A stretch of 64,000 bases of DNA from Selaginella moellendorffii (lineage: Eukaryota > Plantae > Lycopodiophyta): contig NW_003314307.1 in the NCBI RefSeq assembly GCF_000143415.4, positions 1,423,002 to 1,487,001 on the forward strand, written 5' to 3'. Position 1 is the stretch's first letter. The number at the start of each line of letters is the position of its first letter. A program made the position numbers and the translations under genes. The notes under the pieces were generated by a model. That model saw only the letters and a list, made by a program, of their open reading frames with translations, did no database searches and had not been told where the DNA came from. Below are positions 23,905 through 36,540 of the stretch, piece by piece.

Positions 23905-24152
23905 CTTGCTCCACTGGGGCACCACTTCATATGAGTTAGGAGCACTGTAGATGCTTTCCCTTCTGAGAGTGGGAGTTACTCTTAAGCACTTTCTTGGATG
24001 GCCTCTCTAGCACCACTCGAGTCCATGCTCACTCCCATTCAAAGCTCCTAACCCTCAGTCCTAACCTCGAGTTAATTTGGAAGCACCATTAGAGAGTTCC
24101 TTCAAGATTGATTTCTAAACTTCATTATCCCTACTATACTTTTAGAACCCCT
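23905..24152 (-). repeat. LTR fragment related to the solo LTR at 2430-3588
   Basis: Reverse complement similar to 2870-3110 (GGGGTTCTAAAAGTATAGTAGGGATA, GGGAGTGAGCATGGAC). Confidence 0.7.
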
Positions 24153-24157
24153 TGACA

Positions 24158-24406
24158 AATGTCAATTTTAACATATGGTGTGATTCCCCTAACCAACTAG
24201 TAGAGTCAGACTTAAAACCTCTTTAATGCCAAATATAAACTTATGAATTTGGACCTCTTAAGAGGTCACCCAATTCAATATTATTCAAACCCAAGGATGC
24301 TTAACCCCAAGTATCCCAAGACCTTTAACCAATTAGAAAAAATATGTATTCTTATTCATAAGCCTTTTTCGTCTATATTTCAAATCATTATCTTTGGTTG
24401 CTTATA
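24158..24406 (-). mobile_element. Older degenerate partial copy of the 5S-bearing TRIM
   Basis: TATTCAAACCCAAGGATGCTTAACCCCAAGTATCCCAAGACC and the end TTGGTTGCTTATA match the TRIM LTR; upstream bases match its internal/PBS region. Confidence 0.8.
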
Positions 24407-24439
24407 AATCTCATATGTTGATGAAGCTTGATAGAAGTA

Positions 24440-25530
24440 TTAGCTTCTATATCAATTATAGTTCGTTAAATGAAGTGACTATCCTAGATATGTACCTCTT
24501 CCTTATATTACTAATATTTTGAATTGGTTGGGGAGAAATCATTAATTCACTAAGTTAGATCTTACTTTTAGATACTGGAAAGTGTTGATAGCTAAGGAAG
24601 ATGTTCCCAAGACTGTTTTTTATACACTATTTAGTTTGCACGAGTTTTTGGTGATGCTATTTAATTTGAATAATGCTCTAGTAACTTTCTAGTAGATGAT
24701 AGATGAGGTTTTTTATGATATGCCGAATATGACTACTAACTTCATTAATGATGTTTTGATTCATTTGGAGGGGATGTGGGAAGAGTACGCCCATGATATT
24801 TGTAAGGTGTTAGATTGGTTACGAGAAGTTGGTTTAAAGCAAAAGCGATCGAAATGCGTGTTTGGGTCCAAAAACAAAATTTATACTAGGTATCATATTT
24901 CTCTTGAAGGTTTGCAAATTGATCCAAATAAAATTTTAGCTATTCTAAAGTTCCCTACTCCAAAGTTATGAATGATTTGCAATGCTTCCTAGGCAACGTG
25001 TATTATGTCAATTGTTTTATTTTGATCATATTGCACTGTTGCAAATATTGCTAAAGTAGTCAATATTATCTTTCATTTAGTTTGAGGATTATGAACATAT
25101 ATTTCAAGAATTCAAAGTGCTATTAATTACTCCTTTAGTTTTGGCACATCTTAATTACACTTGACCTTTCATTTTGCATATAAATGCTTTTGATATCGAA
25201 TTTGATGATGTTTTGATGCGAAAGCATGAGTGTGCCTAAGTAACGTCATCCCATTGCGTACATTAACCATACATTACAACCGGCCAAGATGAACTACTCT
25301 ATAATAAAGAAGGAGTGTTTAGCAATAATTTGGGATTTCAAGAAGTTTCATATATATTTGCATGGTTTTTAGACATTACTACAAGATAATTAGGCTGCAA
25401 TTACCTCATTAGTGAAGTGAAAGAACTTGGTTAGTTATATTTCTCAGTAAGCTCTAAACTTTTAGATATATGATTTCGAAGTTATTCATTGCCTGAATTT
25501 TATAATTGATGCTAACAACCTTTCTCAAGC
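24440..25530 (+). pseudogene. Highly decayed Ty3/gypsy pol (RT-RNase H) relic
   Basis: Recognisable remnants (DVPKT, HEFLVMLF, FINDVLI, KRSKCVFG, IDPNKILAI, NYS..KKECLAIIW) broken by stops and frameshifts. Confidence 0.75.
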
Positions 25531-26392
25531 TCCTCTCCCTTTCACTATTTTTTCTTGTTTTTAACAAGCATATTGTCTAACATCTATAGATTTTTTGGAC
25601 GAGGATTTTATATTATCAGCAATTATTATACTTGACATTCAGTGTCCACAAGATGAATACCACACTAGCAAGCTATAGTATTTATAATGACTTTAACATT
25701 ATAAATTTTAATATTAGTAGTTTACTATTTGTTTGTACTTTTTGTAATGCATTACATTTTAAAGATGAAAACGCTTCAATGTGTTGCCAGAATAACCAAG
25801 TTATATTACTTCCAATTTCACCTTTACCATTTGATTTACTTTCACTTTATATGCAAAATAAGAACTCTAATTTTAGAAAAAATATTAGACACTACAATAG
25901 TGCTCTTGCTTTTGCATCTATGTCTTCTAATATTGATATTGTAAAAGGTCATGGTCTTTATTGCTTTAAAATCCATGGTCAAATATATTATAATATTGTA
26001 TCAACACATCCTTTTGAAGATCAATATCAAATTTATGGACAACTTTATATGCTTGATACTCTAGAACCTACAGATATAAGAAAGCAAAACCCTTTTAATT
26101 CAAGCTGTGAGACAAACTTACTTAAACATCTTAATGCTCTCCTTCGTCATATTAACCCATATGCTCAAACTTTCAAAATGATGTATGAAATGGAACAAGA
26201 AGAAATTCATTTTGCTACACTTTCAGGTTATCCTATATATGGTGTTTACATGTTATTAAAAACTGAAGGAACTGATCCACGATGTTATAATGCTCCACGG
26301 ACAAATGATGTTGCTATTGTGTTTGTTAGTGATGATGGAGAACCACCACATAGTCGTGTGAAATTTGTGTATATTTGTAAGCTCCTGACTTT

Positions 26393-26448
26393 GGACTTCC
26401 CGGGAAGTCACTTAGCCCAGTACTATTCAAACCCAAGGACACTTAACC
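26393..26448 (-). promoter_or_regulatory. 5S rRNA internal control region (A box/IE/C box) in TRIM 3' LTR
   Basis: Minus strand GGTTAAGTGTCCTTGGGTTTGAATAGTACTGGGCTAAGTGACTTCCCGGGAAGTCC aligns without gaps to the 3' half of plant 5S rRNA. Confidence 0.8.
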
Positions 26449-26792
26449 CCAAGTATCCAAAGACCCTTAACCGATTGGAAAAGGGGGTGCACTCTTGTTT
26501 ATGGGCCCTTTCCCTTTATATTTGAACTTTAACGGATCGTCTCTCGAGTTGTTCCCTTTAGTTGCTTACAATCCACCACACTTCCCTGCAAATTCACGCC
26601 CTCGTGAATGGTAGCTGAGAGCCGCAGCTCTCCTGAGAGCCCTGCTCTCTTGACACCCTACCCCTCGGGTCAAGCCCAGCAGGAGCAAACTGGACCAGCC
26701 AGATGTTAATCAACATGTGGTGTAATTCCTCTAGCCAACTAACAGAGTCGGACCCGAGACCCCTCTGATACCAAATGTAAGCTCCTGAGTTT

Positions 26793-26848
26793 GGACTTCC
26801 CGGGAGGTCACCCAGCCCAGTATTATTTAAACCCAAGGACACTTAACC
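26793..26848 (-). promoter_or_regulatory. 5S rRNA internal control region in TRIM 5' LTR
   Basis: Minus strand GGTTAAGTGTCCTTGGGTTTAAATAATACTGGGCTGGGTGACCTCCCGGGAAGTCC; 44/56 identical by eye to the recalled angiosperm 5S segment. Confidence 0.85.
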
Positions 26849-29800
26849 CCAAGTATCCCAAGACCCTTAACTGATTGGAAAAGGGGGTGCACTCTTGTTC
26901 ATGGGCCCTTTCCCTCTATATTTGAACCCTAACGGATCGTTTCTCGAATCGTTCCCTTTGGTTGCTTACAATATCTAACTGTAAGCAATTCTAAATGTAT
27001 CTCAACACTTGATTATAATGGTGATCCAATGGTTTACCCATTAATATTTCCTTTTGGTGACAAAGGCTGGCATAAAAATATTTATAATTCCGGACGTCGA
27101 ATTATATTACTCCAATATTATGCATATTGTTTATCTATAAGAGACACAATATACTTTGGTTTTGATCAAATTTTACATGCAGGAAAACTCACACAATAAT
27201 ATATAGTCAATGCTTATGTAAAAGTTGAAAGCAATAATTTGAATTACCATCGCACTCATCAGAAATAATTGCAAGTTGAAATGTGTATTGGTCTTATGGA
27301 TTATGTTGCAACCTGTGCTACTAATGAAAATATAAATCTAGGCAAGAATGTTATTCAAAAAAATTTAACTATGAAACTACTTTTAGTATTCATGGATATC
27401 CAAATTATTATCGACTTGATAATGGCTGCACTTTTCTAAAAAATGGGTGCTATATTGATAATCATTAGGTATTGCCTTATAATAAATACCTTTGTAAAAA
27501 ATATAATGCTCATATTAATATTAAAATTTGTGCTACTATTAAAAGTATTAAATATTTATTTCAATATGTCTATAAAGGTTATGATTGTGCTACAATGGAA
27601 ATCCATTCAGCAACCCAACAACCTAATAATATTTTAAATTGGGATGAAATCTCAACTTTTTAAATATATATTATGTATCTGCTCCAGAAGCATTATAGAA
27701 ACTTTTTAAATTTAAAATGCATGGTTGTTTGACCCCTATAATCCATCTTCCTATCCATCTTCTAAATTTTCAAAACGTTTATTTTATAGAAGGTTCTGAA
27801 CAAATGGCACTTCAAAGAGCTACTCAAAATGATACAATGTTGATAAAACGGTTTGAATTAAATATAAATGACCCAAATGCTAGACCATATATATATCCTG
27901 AAAGCCCTTTATATTATATATTTAACCCTTATACTCATAATTGGCAAATTTGACATACAAGAAATGTCATTCCCCAAATGTATTCTATATCGCCATTCAA
28001 TGTTGAACTATATCATTTATGTCTTATTTTACTCCATAAAAAAGATGTTATGTATTTCAAAAATCTCAAGATAGTTAATAATATTTATTATGACACATTT
28101 CAACAAGTTGCAGATGCAATGAGGCTTATAGCTGATGATATCAAATGGGAAAAATGTTTAGAAGATACTTATTTTTTAGAATGCTATCACTATTAAAACA
28201 ATTATTTGTATTACTTTGTATCTTTTGCATTCCAAAAGATCCATAATTTTTATGGGATAAATTTAAAGACTTCCTCTCTAAGGATTTTATGCAAATAAAT
28301 CTAATTTTTCATTATGAACATGCTTTACATGATATAAATATTAAAATGAAAATGCATAGCAAAATTAATCAAAACTACCATCTATCTTTCCTGTCTGAAA
28401 ATTTTTATCATGAAAATAATATCAACTCAAGACAAATATATCAAAATTTTGAATAAAATATTCCTCAATTTAATCAAGAATAGTTAAATATTTTTAATGA
28501 TATTCTTAATGTTATTGATCACCCAATTGAGCATAATTCATACATTTTCATTGATGGCCCTAGTAGTACTGGTAAAAAAATTCTTCTTAACACTTTTATA
28601 AATATTTTACAACTGAAAAAAAAAAATGTTAGCATGGCTTGAACAGAAATTGCATGTACTTTACTTTATAATGGCTAAACTTCATACATTACTTTTAAAC
28701 TTCCTGTTAAAATAAATGAGACATTAACTTTTACTATAAATACTAATAGTGAAGCAGATATAAGTATCAGAACTACTAATGTATTATTATGGGATGAAAT
28801 AAGTATGGTTCACACTCATGCATTCACTGCTATTAATCAAGTGTTGCGAGACCTAAAAATACATCATTACCTTTTTGTGGCATAATTGTTGTCACTAGCG
28901 GGGACTTTAGACAAACACTTCCAGTTATTTCACATGGATATAGGGCATAAATTGTTTTAATGAATAAATTATAAAGATTATTTAGAAAGTTATCTTTGAA
29001 AACAAATATGTGGCTTGCTAAAAGTGATAAATCATGGGCTGAATGGCTTCTCAAAGTCAGAAATAGTGAAAATTTTCAAAATTTACCATCTTTACCTTCT
29101 AACTTCATTTTATTACCTCATACACAACTAATTTATTCATCTATTATTGATTTTGTCTACCCTTCAGTACTTGATATTTCAAACCCTTATATTGCAGCCA
29201 ATCAAGTCATACTTATCCCATTTAACGATGACACATTTGCAATCAATAACACTATTGTCTCTAGATTACAAGGTGATACATATATCTATAAAAATATTGA
29301 TTTTGTTAATATTGAACATCCTGAAAATTTTCCAATAGAATTCCTAAATTCTATCACACCTTCTAGTCTCCCACCACATAAACTCTCTCTCAAACAAGAT
29401 GCTATTCTTATCCTCTTAAGGACTATGTCTCCATCAGCAGGACTATGCAATGGCACATGTCTCATCCTGAAAAATACACTACCAAATGTTTTAGACTGTG
29501 AAATTGTGATGGGGCAATTTAAAGGGACAAGAGTTTTTATCCCACATATCACACTAATACCATCAAATATAAAAATTCTGTTCAAAATGTCCAGAAGACA
29601 ATTTCCAATCCGTTTAGGTTACTACTTAACAATCTCCAAATGCCGAGGATAGACATTTGACTGAGTTCGAGTTTACTTGCCCCACCTAGTTTTCACTCAT
29701 GGGCAACTTTATGTAGCTTTATCAAGATGCACATCACCACATGGCATTGAAATTAAAGTTCAAAACATCACACGCCAAGGCAACCTCCTTCCTCAAGATC

Positions 29801-29875
29801 CTTCTATTTTTACAATTAATACTGTTTATAAAGAAGTTTTATATTAAACCTCTTTGTAAACCACCCAGCATTTGC

Positions 29876-32800
29876 AGAGACTAACTCCTGATACTAAGGG
29901 AGGCTTGGGGTGAAAGCCCAAAGCGTGTGTTCCTCAAGGGGGAGGGGGATATGGGGGGTTCCAAATGTATAGTAGGGATAGTGGGTAGGTCGGGCATGGC
30001 TGACTAACCTGAGGCATAGTTTAGCTCCCGCTTGCATGCTTGTCCTTGTTCTGCGTTCGGCTTGGGTTTAAGCCCAAGCTCCACACTATGCTAGCTAGTG
30101 GAGTACCCATGTCCTCGCGTTAGGCCACCGGTATGTAAAAATAGTGCCAAACTCCATTTAGCTCCATTTTGCATGCTGGTCTTGGCATTGGGATGCTGGT
30201 TGCTCTAGGACCGTTCCAAGTCACTCCAGGCTCCTGTCCCTTCACTCCTTGGGCTGTATGGTTAGGAGTTGCTCCGTGGTTCGGTTTCGTCACTCCTCGG
30301 CTCCACGCTTGGGAGTTTGGCACCGTTCCTTCGTTCAGTGGCCCAAGGCCCTGAACCTCGGGTTCCGCACCATTGTTCTTTGGACATGTGGCATATAGCA
30401 CGTGGCATGTGTCACGTGGCATAAAGAGGGTTTAGGTTCCGCTTCGTGGTGTTATCCTATGGTAAACCACCATAGGATAAAGGGTAAAATCCACGTTCGC
30501 TACATTTAGTATCAGAGGATGAGTCTCAGTGAGTACTATTCAATGAGATTGGGCAACTAGTCTTGTTGCATACGCAGAGATGAAAATGATGATCCGAGTG
30601 GGTACACGTTTGGGTGCAAAGGCTTTGCAGTCATTCTTTGGGTATGGATTTGGTTACTTTTTTGTACCATAATAATGTGAGCTTGCTCTTGGGCTCATAG
30701 GATGGATTTGAGTTGTTTCGTTTGCACGAATTTGCGCTTAGGCTCGTGAGTGAGGCACATTAGTAACTCAAGGTTGCACTTTGAGTTGGCAGGATTAATG
30801 TTAGCCTATCGTTGGTTCCATGAGTTGTTCCATGTATCATGGGTGAAAGTAAAGCATCCCTGGGTTTGCTATGAGTGGCAAATAGGCTGGTCCATAGCTG
30901 TTTAGCATGGCACTAGTAGATCCTTCCTAGGCATGATTATAAGTGGATCAATTAAGACTGTAAGGATTAGTCTATTGGTTCAAGTAGTCATTGCCGTGCT
31001 CTCTCATAAACTTTTCTTGGATCGAACTGAAGGCAGTCCAAAAGCAAGCTTGAGGTTTAGTCAAAGATGAGACTGAAAAGAGAATTGTCAGGGACGAAGG
31101 ATCAAACATGTAAATCATTTTCACTTGGAGAGATGATTTGCAATGAAGTGTTAACTCATTGCTCATGTTCACAATATGCAATCAAGAGTCCTTACCTTGA
31201 TGCATGTTGGAAGTGATAGTCTTACAAGTGGTGAGTTATGGGATGGATAGTGGTGAAACGCTAAACCATTTTGTCTAAGCTCACTATTGGAAGACTTGGG
31301 TTGCAATGCTCAATTCTTTTCCGAGGAACTTTGTTATTGCTCCTTGAGTAGCTTGGTGTTGGATTAGTGTTGAGTTTGGTCGGAAAGAGAGTGGCATGAA
31401 CTTGTCTGTGTTGTGAACAAAAGTTAGTGGTGTTAGGTGTTGTAAATCTCTATTGATGGGGTGTGGCATTTATGTTGCATTTTGTCGAATCGAGTTGACA
31501 CTTGATATTCACATAAACCTTTGCAGTAGTGACAGGGGCATTGCTCATAGTGTTGCTTGATTGATAATCAAATTATTGTGATTTATATCATATCCATGTG
31601 ATAATGAGCAATGTGTTTACGAAGTTGCTTGGGTAAATGATGATCAACCCTAAAGTGGTTGATGGAGAAGCTAGTCTACTTGCACGAAGTAGCATTGTAG
31701 TAGCTTTGACTGGATTCTCAATGGTGGTCCATTATGCTAAGCTTAAGTTGGTACCTTGTTTCCTTGAGTTTGCCCATTAGGTGTTGGAAAAGGGTTATAG
31801 CATTCACTTGCTATGGCTTGTTGGTTGATCCATTAGCACTTGGAGTAGATTGTTGGATGGAGAAGATGTGTAGTTGGGGCATTGACATCACTAGCACTTA
31901 TGTTAGTGGAAGTGACATTATTATTTCGAGTGATGAGGAATTTTTCTTGGACTTTGATTTTCTATGTCATTTTTCTTGTTAGTGTTTTGACTTCACATTA
32001 GATCTTGAAGGTGATTGAAGAAGGGTGTTAGTGCAATGTGGATATCTGAAAATGTGGTCTTCGTGATCAAGCCTTGGATGTTCATTTTGCACTTTGCGGA
32101 TGTCAGAGTTGGATGTCGGAAAAATGGGCAAAGATGTTCGATGCTTAAGCATGCTATTAGGTCATAAGAATCTGTGTTAAGGTGAGCCTATGTGAAGTTG
32201 TTGGTAGAAAGAAGTTGGTTGAGTCTTGAAAGTTTGCATTCCTGGACTAAGAGTCATTCTTTCTCTAGGATGGAAATTTTCCACAAACTTTCTTAGGCTT
32301 TTCCAATGGTTGATTTATTGATCACTTTGCCAAAAACCATTCCATTTTCGTAAGCCAGTACAAACTAGTGAAGGGTTTGGAGTTGACTTCGGTTAGCTTA
32401 GATCTTAGTAGGTAATTTGTATGATGCGATCCGAAAGGGATGCTGACTTTTGGAGCTAAGGCAATTGAGTTGGATAGAGTTTGGAGTTGGTATAGAAAAG
32501 TGGCCGTTGCACTTTTCTAAGAAGGGTGACCCTTGTGCCTTTCTTCTGTAGCGTTATGCTTGGTGGCAGGTTGCACTTTGCATTACGTTAGACTCTATGA
32601 GAGTAGTGAACTTTCACTAATCTTGACTTAGTCTTGGTAGCACTGCGCCTTGGCTGAGGATGGTAATGTCCAACTTAGTTGTTTGAGTTTGAGATGTTAG
32701 TACCCGTACTATAGCTTTGTTTATGAGGAGGTTGTGTACCGATATGAGTCCATCTCATGGTCTTCACTTTAGTTTTGACTAAGTGTTGATCATGCATAGC

Positions 32801-35370
32801 TAGCCTCTTCAAGGCATGCTCAGAGCTAGTGGCTAAATGTTTTAGTGAGCTTATTGCGGTTGAGTTGGATTCGAGTGGTCATTTAGTTTGTGCTTGTCTA
32901 TGAACTTTTATTTCGTACCTGGGGTATTACGTTCATGTTGGATAAGTATATAACTTGATGACAAGAGTTGGTGTTTGGGTCTTGTGAAGGCAAGTTGAGG
33001 AGTGATTGTTAGTTGCTTTGCAACTAGTGATTACTTGTAGACTTCATTAAGGACCGTTGACACTTGCTTTGCTCGATGATGATTTAGCAGTGATGGGCTT
33101 GCTTTTCCGGATGGTGTTGCGGAGGATCGTGTCATTAGGCTTGCATGGTTTTTCCATGTTGGCATGTCAATTTCTTTGTCGATATCATTTGGTTACGTTT
33201 GGTCTATAATGTTGGATTTCATCGAGTCTTGGATGTGGTGATTCACTCCTTGATGATGTGTTATCTATAACTGAGTTTTGCTGAAGCATTGGTCTCGGAT
33301 ACTAAGTATAGTATCTTCGACTTTGGTTAGCTTGGTTGCTGGAAAGCTCTGAATGGTGATTCACTCTTGCTTTCTTCTAGCTTTGTCTTGGTGTTGATGA
33401 CATTGAAGTGATGCCTTGTTATTGACATTGTTGATATTGAGATTCGAGTGAAATGAAATGTTTTTCCTTAGGATTGATATTGAGTTTCATTAGTCTTAAT
33501 GATTTGGCTATGGCTTTGTGTTATTGGCATTCATGGATTTGCTAGTTAGCAATTGCATTGACGTTCAAATGAACTGAGTGGCAAGTTTGAGTTAGCTGTG
33601 TTCTAGATGAGATTGTTTAGTAAGGGTTGAGCTTTAAGATTTTCCTTGAAAAGTGATTTAGTCATGAACTATGCTAACTTTACAAGTGGAAGAGTTAGTG
33701 ATCGATATTAGAATATTTAAGTCCTTATTGGATTTGAGTTCGGGATATATTGATTGTTAATGATTCTTCTTGTGCTTGTTATGGCATGAGTTACGTCTTA
33801 CTATAGATGGATTCATGGAGGATTGTTTAGTGATCACTTGTTGAGCATAACTCCATTGTGTTTAGCTTTTGGATTAATGCAGAAATGCTCTTCATTAGCT
33901 TTGGCATTATGAACTTTGGCTTATGGATGTGTTGAGGAAGATATTGTGGGTTATATCACGATTTCCTCTTTAGCATTGAAATTAGCTTCTATGAGACTCG
34001 TGATCATTATTAGGCAAAACTTGGCTATAGGCTTCTTCGAGCTTTTGGTTCCTTGAGTTTTGTGCTCATTGTTCCATTTGTTAGAAGTTGTTGGGGAAGG
34101 CATTTTAGCTCATTAGCTTCAATATTGAAGTTAGTATTTGCATCTAGCAATCGTTGATGATGATTGACTGTTATCTAGGATAGTTGATTATCCTTGTCGA
34201 AAGTTTTGCTTGATTATCGTTGATCGAGAATGATTTGCTATTCTTTGGGATGGTGGATTCCTTCTTAGATGATGATTCTGCATATATTTTTTTGATGGGA
34301 TGATTAATGAACTTTTATGATGGTTAGTTGTTCTCTTTGATGGCTTATGGCTTTTTGCAATACCACATGTTTTTTGTGGTTTGCTCTGGATTAGTCTTTT
34401 GGGTTTGAGACATTAGTAGGATGTTGCTAACACTTACTTAGGCAACTTGAGTTCCTTGGGGTTGTTGGTTGGGATCTATTTGGATTGGCTAGTGCAATAG
34501 TTGGCATGATCGAGTGTTTGTTGGTCTTACCGCATTCATTCTATTCTGTTGATTGTTGCTCGAGTTAGTTCTCATAGATTAGGATGTTATTTCCTTCGGG
34601 TGATACATTCGCAACATTGTGCTTGTTAGTCAATGATGCTTTGTGTTCTTTAAGTTCTCTTTCGTAAGTTGTTTGGCATTCTATCTGCCATATTTGATAG
34701 TTAAGTTTCATCATTGAGTTTACTTGATGAGATACTTGCTATTGAATTTTGTTGGATGGTGAATCCTGTGTTTACCAATTTTGATGATCTTGGTGGTTCC
34801 TATCTACTATAATACTAGTTTATCAGATGATAACATACTTGGAATACTTTTGTGTTCTAATCTAAGATATATTCACTGATAATTAAGTCTCTCCGATATC
34901 ATTGTCTCTGACTTTGATATAGTCCATATATTGATCTTTGAGTTTGGGCTAGTATAGGCAGATTGGCTTCAGCACTTCGTGTGTATGTTGAAATCTCTAG
35001 TCATGGGGTAGCTACTGTCGACTGGTCATATAACCCACCTCTCTGTCGATGTTCCTTATTCCGTTAAAAGAGCGTGACCGTGTAAACAACTCTAACTGCC
35101 TATTTACAGTAGTCTATCTAAACCTTACCGACGGGTTTGGTTTCTTTGCTTAGGAGGGTTGGGGCCTCTAGCTTCTCTCTCTATGTTCCTGCGGGCAGGG
35201 GCATATCACACTTTTGTAAGTTGGGTGACTCCCAGAGCAGCAAGGGTGGCTGACTCCGTTGGTCATTTCCTTGTCGGCGACGGCCGGAAGGTGTCTGAGC
35301 TGGTAGCGCATCCGCGTTAGACAAAGAGGTTACCCCTAACTCATTTAAGTTGGTGCATTTCTCACATAGT
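29876..35370 (+). mobile_element. Non-autonomous (LARD-like) LTR element, copy 2 (5'-truncated LTR; 3' end interrupted)
   Basis: Partial LTR 29876-30504 ending CGCTACA, PBS-like TTTAGTATCAGAGG, ~4.9 kb ORF-less interior collinear with copy 1, 3' UTR similar to chromovirus 9940-10345. Confidence 0.88.
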
Positions 35371-36309
35371 TGTGAGACACAAAATCCCTAGGCCCCAAAG
35401 TGGAGCCGGAAAGGGTGCCATGTGGTAGTGGCCAAAGTGAAAGCCAAACGAGTGTAACACATTTGGACTAAAAGCTCCGACTTAGAAGGTCGAGAGCGGG
35501 AGTGGAACTCCTAACAAAGTGCTTGAGAAGCGAGCAAGAGGCAACTGATAAGCAAGGCTCCAAAAAGGGACCCAAAAAGGACCAACACATGGCACGAGGT
35601 GGAGTCCAAGATGGACCCGAGATGGAGTTCGAGACAGAGTCCGAGATGGACCCGAGATGGAGTCCAAGATGGACCGAGACAGAGTCCGAGATGGACCCGA
35701 GATGGACCCAAGATGGAGTCCGAGATGGACCCGAGATGGAGTCCGAGATGGACCCAAGATGGAGTCCGAGACGGAGTCCGAGATGGACCCGAGATGGAGT
35801 CCGAGATGGATCGAGGCGGAGTCCGAGATGGACCCAAGATGGAGTCCGAGATGGACCCGAGATGGAGTTTGAGATGGAGTTCGAGATGGAGTCCGAGAAG
35901 GACCCGAGATGGAGTCCGAGGTCGAGACTGAGACCGGGACCGAGATCGACACTGGGACCAAGACCGAGACCAAGACCGAGACCGAGACCAGGACTGGGAC
36001 CTAGACCGAGACCGAGGCCAAGGCCGAAACCGAGCCCGAGCCCGAGTCCGAGTCCGAGTCTGAGTCCGAGTCTGAGTCCGAGTCCGAGTTTGAGTCTGAG
36101 AGGGTGAAAGCCCAAAGCGTTCGTCTCCGAGACCCTGGGGGGTTTGGTGAGCTCCAAAAGTATAGTAAGGGGGAGGACTGCAGTGGAGCCAGTTTGGCCA
36201 AGGGCTGGGTAGTTTTTGAGCTGAGCTCACGAGTTGAGCTCAAGTCAATAAAAGTCAATGAAAGTCAAAGGAAGTCAATACAATCCCCTAACTAGCGAAA
36301 GTTTAATGG
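35371..36309 (+). mobile_element. Truncated LTR (third variant) with internal satellite, inserted into copy 2
   Basis: Starts TGTGAG exactly where homology with copy 1 stops; carries the shared GGGTGAAAGCCCAAAGCGT...GTATAGTA module at 36100-36170. Confidence 0.7.
35600..36100 (+). repeat. Tandem array: GAGTCCGAGATG / GACCCGAGATG units grading into GACCGA, CCGAGC and CCGAGT hexamers
   Basis: Directly visible. Confidence 0.92.
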
Positions 36310-36540
36310 CACTACCTTAGTTCGTCCCGAACCAAGAATTTTTAACATAAAATCTAGGTGTTTAAGGTATTCCATAAGCTCATGTAGATTATTGGTTCAA
36401 CATGAACTAATCTTTTAGTCTACAAAAAAAGAAAATAATATATTAAACAATATAATTTATATTAAAATCAGAATATATTCAATCTTCTTCTGCTTCCATA
36501 TCCAGAAAAGTAGAAATGGGTATAGTGGAATGCTCCTTCA

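Larger units (their letters stand above)
26376..26970 (-). mobile_element. 595-bp TRIM with 5S-rDNA-derived LTRs (Cassandra-like)
   Basis: Two 195-bp LTRs (26376-26570, 26776-26970; TGTAAG...CTTACA), 205-bp interior, minus-strand PBS TTTGGTATCAGAGG and purine-rich PPT, TSD ATATT/ATATC (1 mismatch). Confidence 0.93.
25632..29875 (+). mobile_element. Decayed Helitron RepHel (Rep-associated N-terminus plus PIF1-like helicase)
   Basis: FRKNIRHYNSALAFASM, FKIHGQ, YGQLY, DPMVYPLIFPFGDKGW, PYN...YNAHINI...[75 protein letters not shown] (stop 29845-29847); many stops and frameshifts. Confidence 0.92.

Noticed and set aside
26393-26848. Functional 5S rRNA genes
   Set aside because: Only the ~56-nt internal promoter segment is present, embedded in LTRs; the 5' half and oligo-T terminator are missing.
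35600-36100. CRISPR-like appearance of the repeat arrays
   Set aside because: Contiguous tandem units without unique spacers; eukaryotic context; no cas genes.
35468-36230. Long repetitive ORFs (SPRWT, GLGL, RS-like), mirrored at 38069-38676
   Set aside because: Artefacts of the tandem array; open in most frames.
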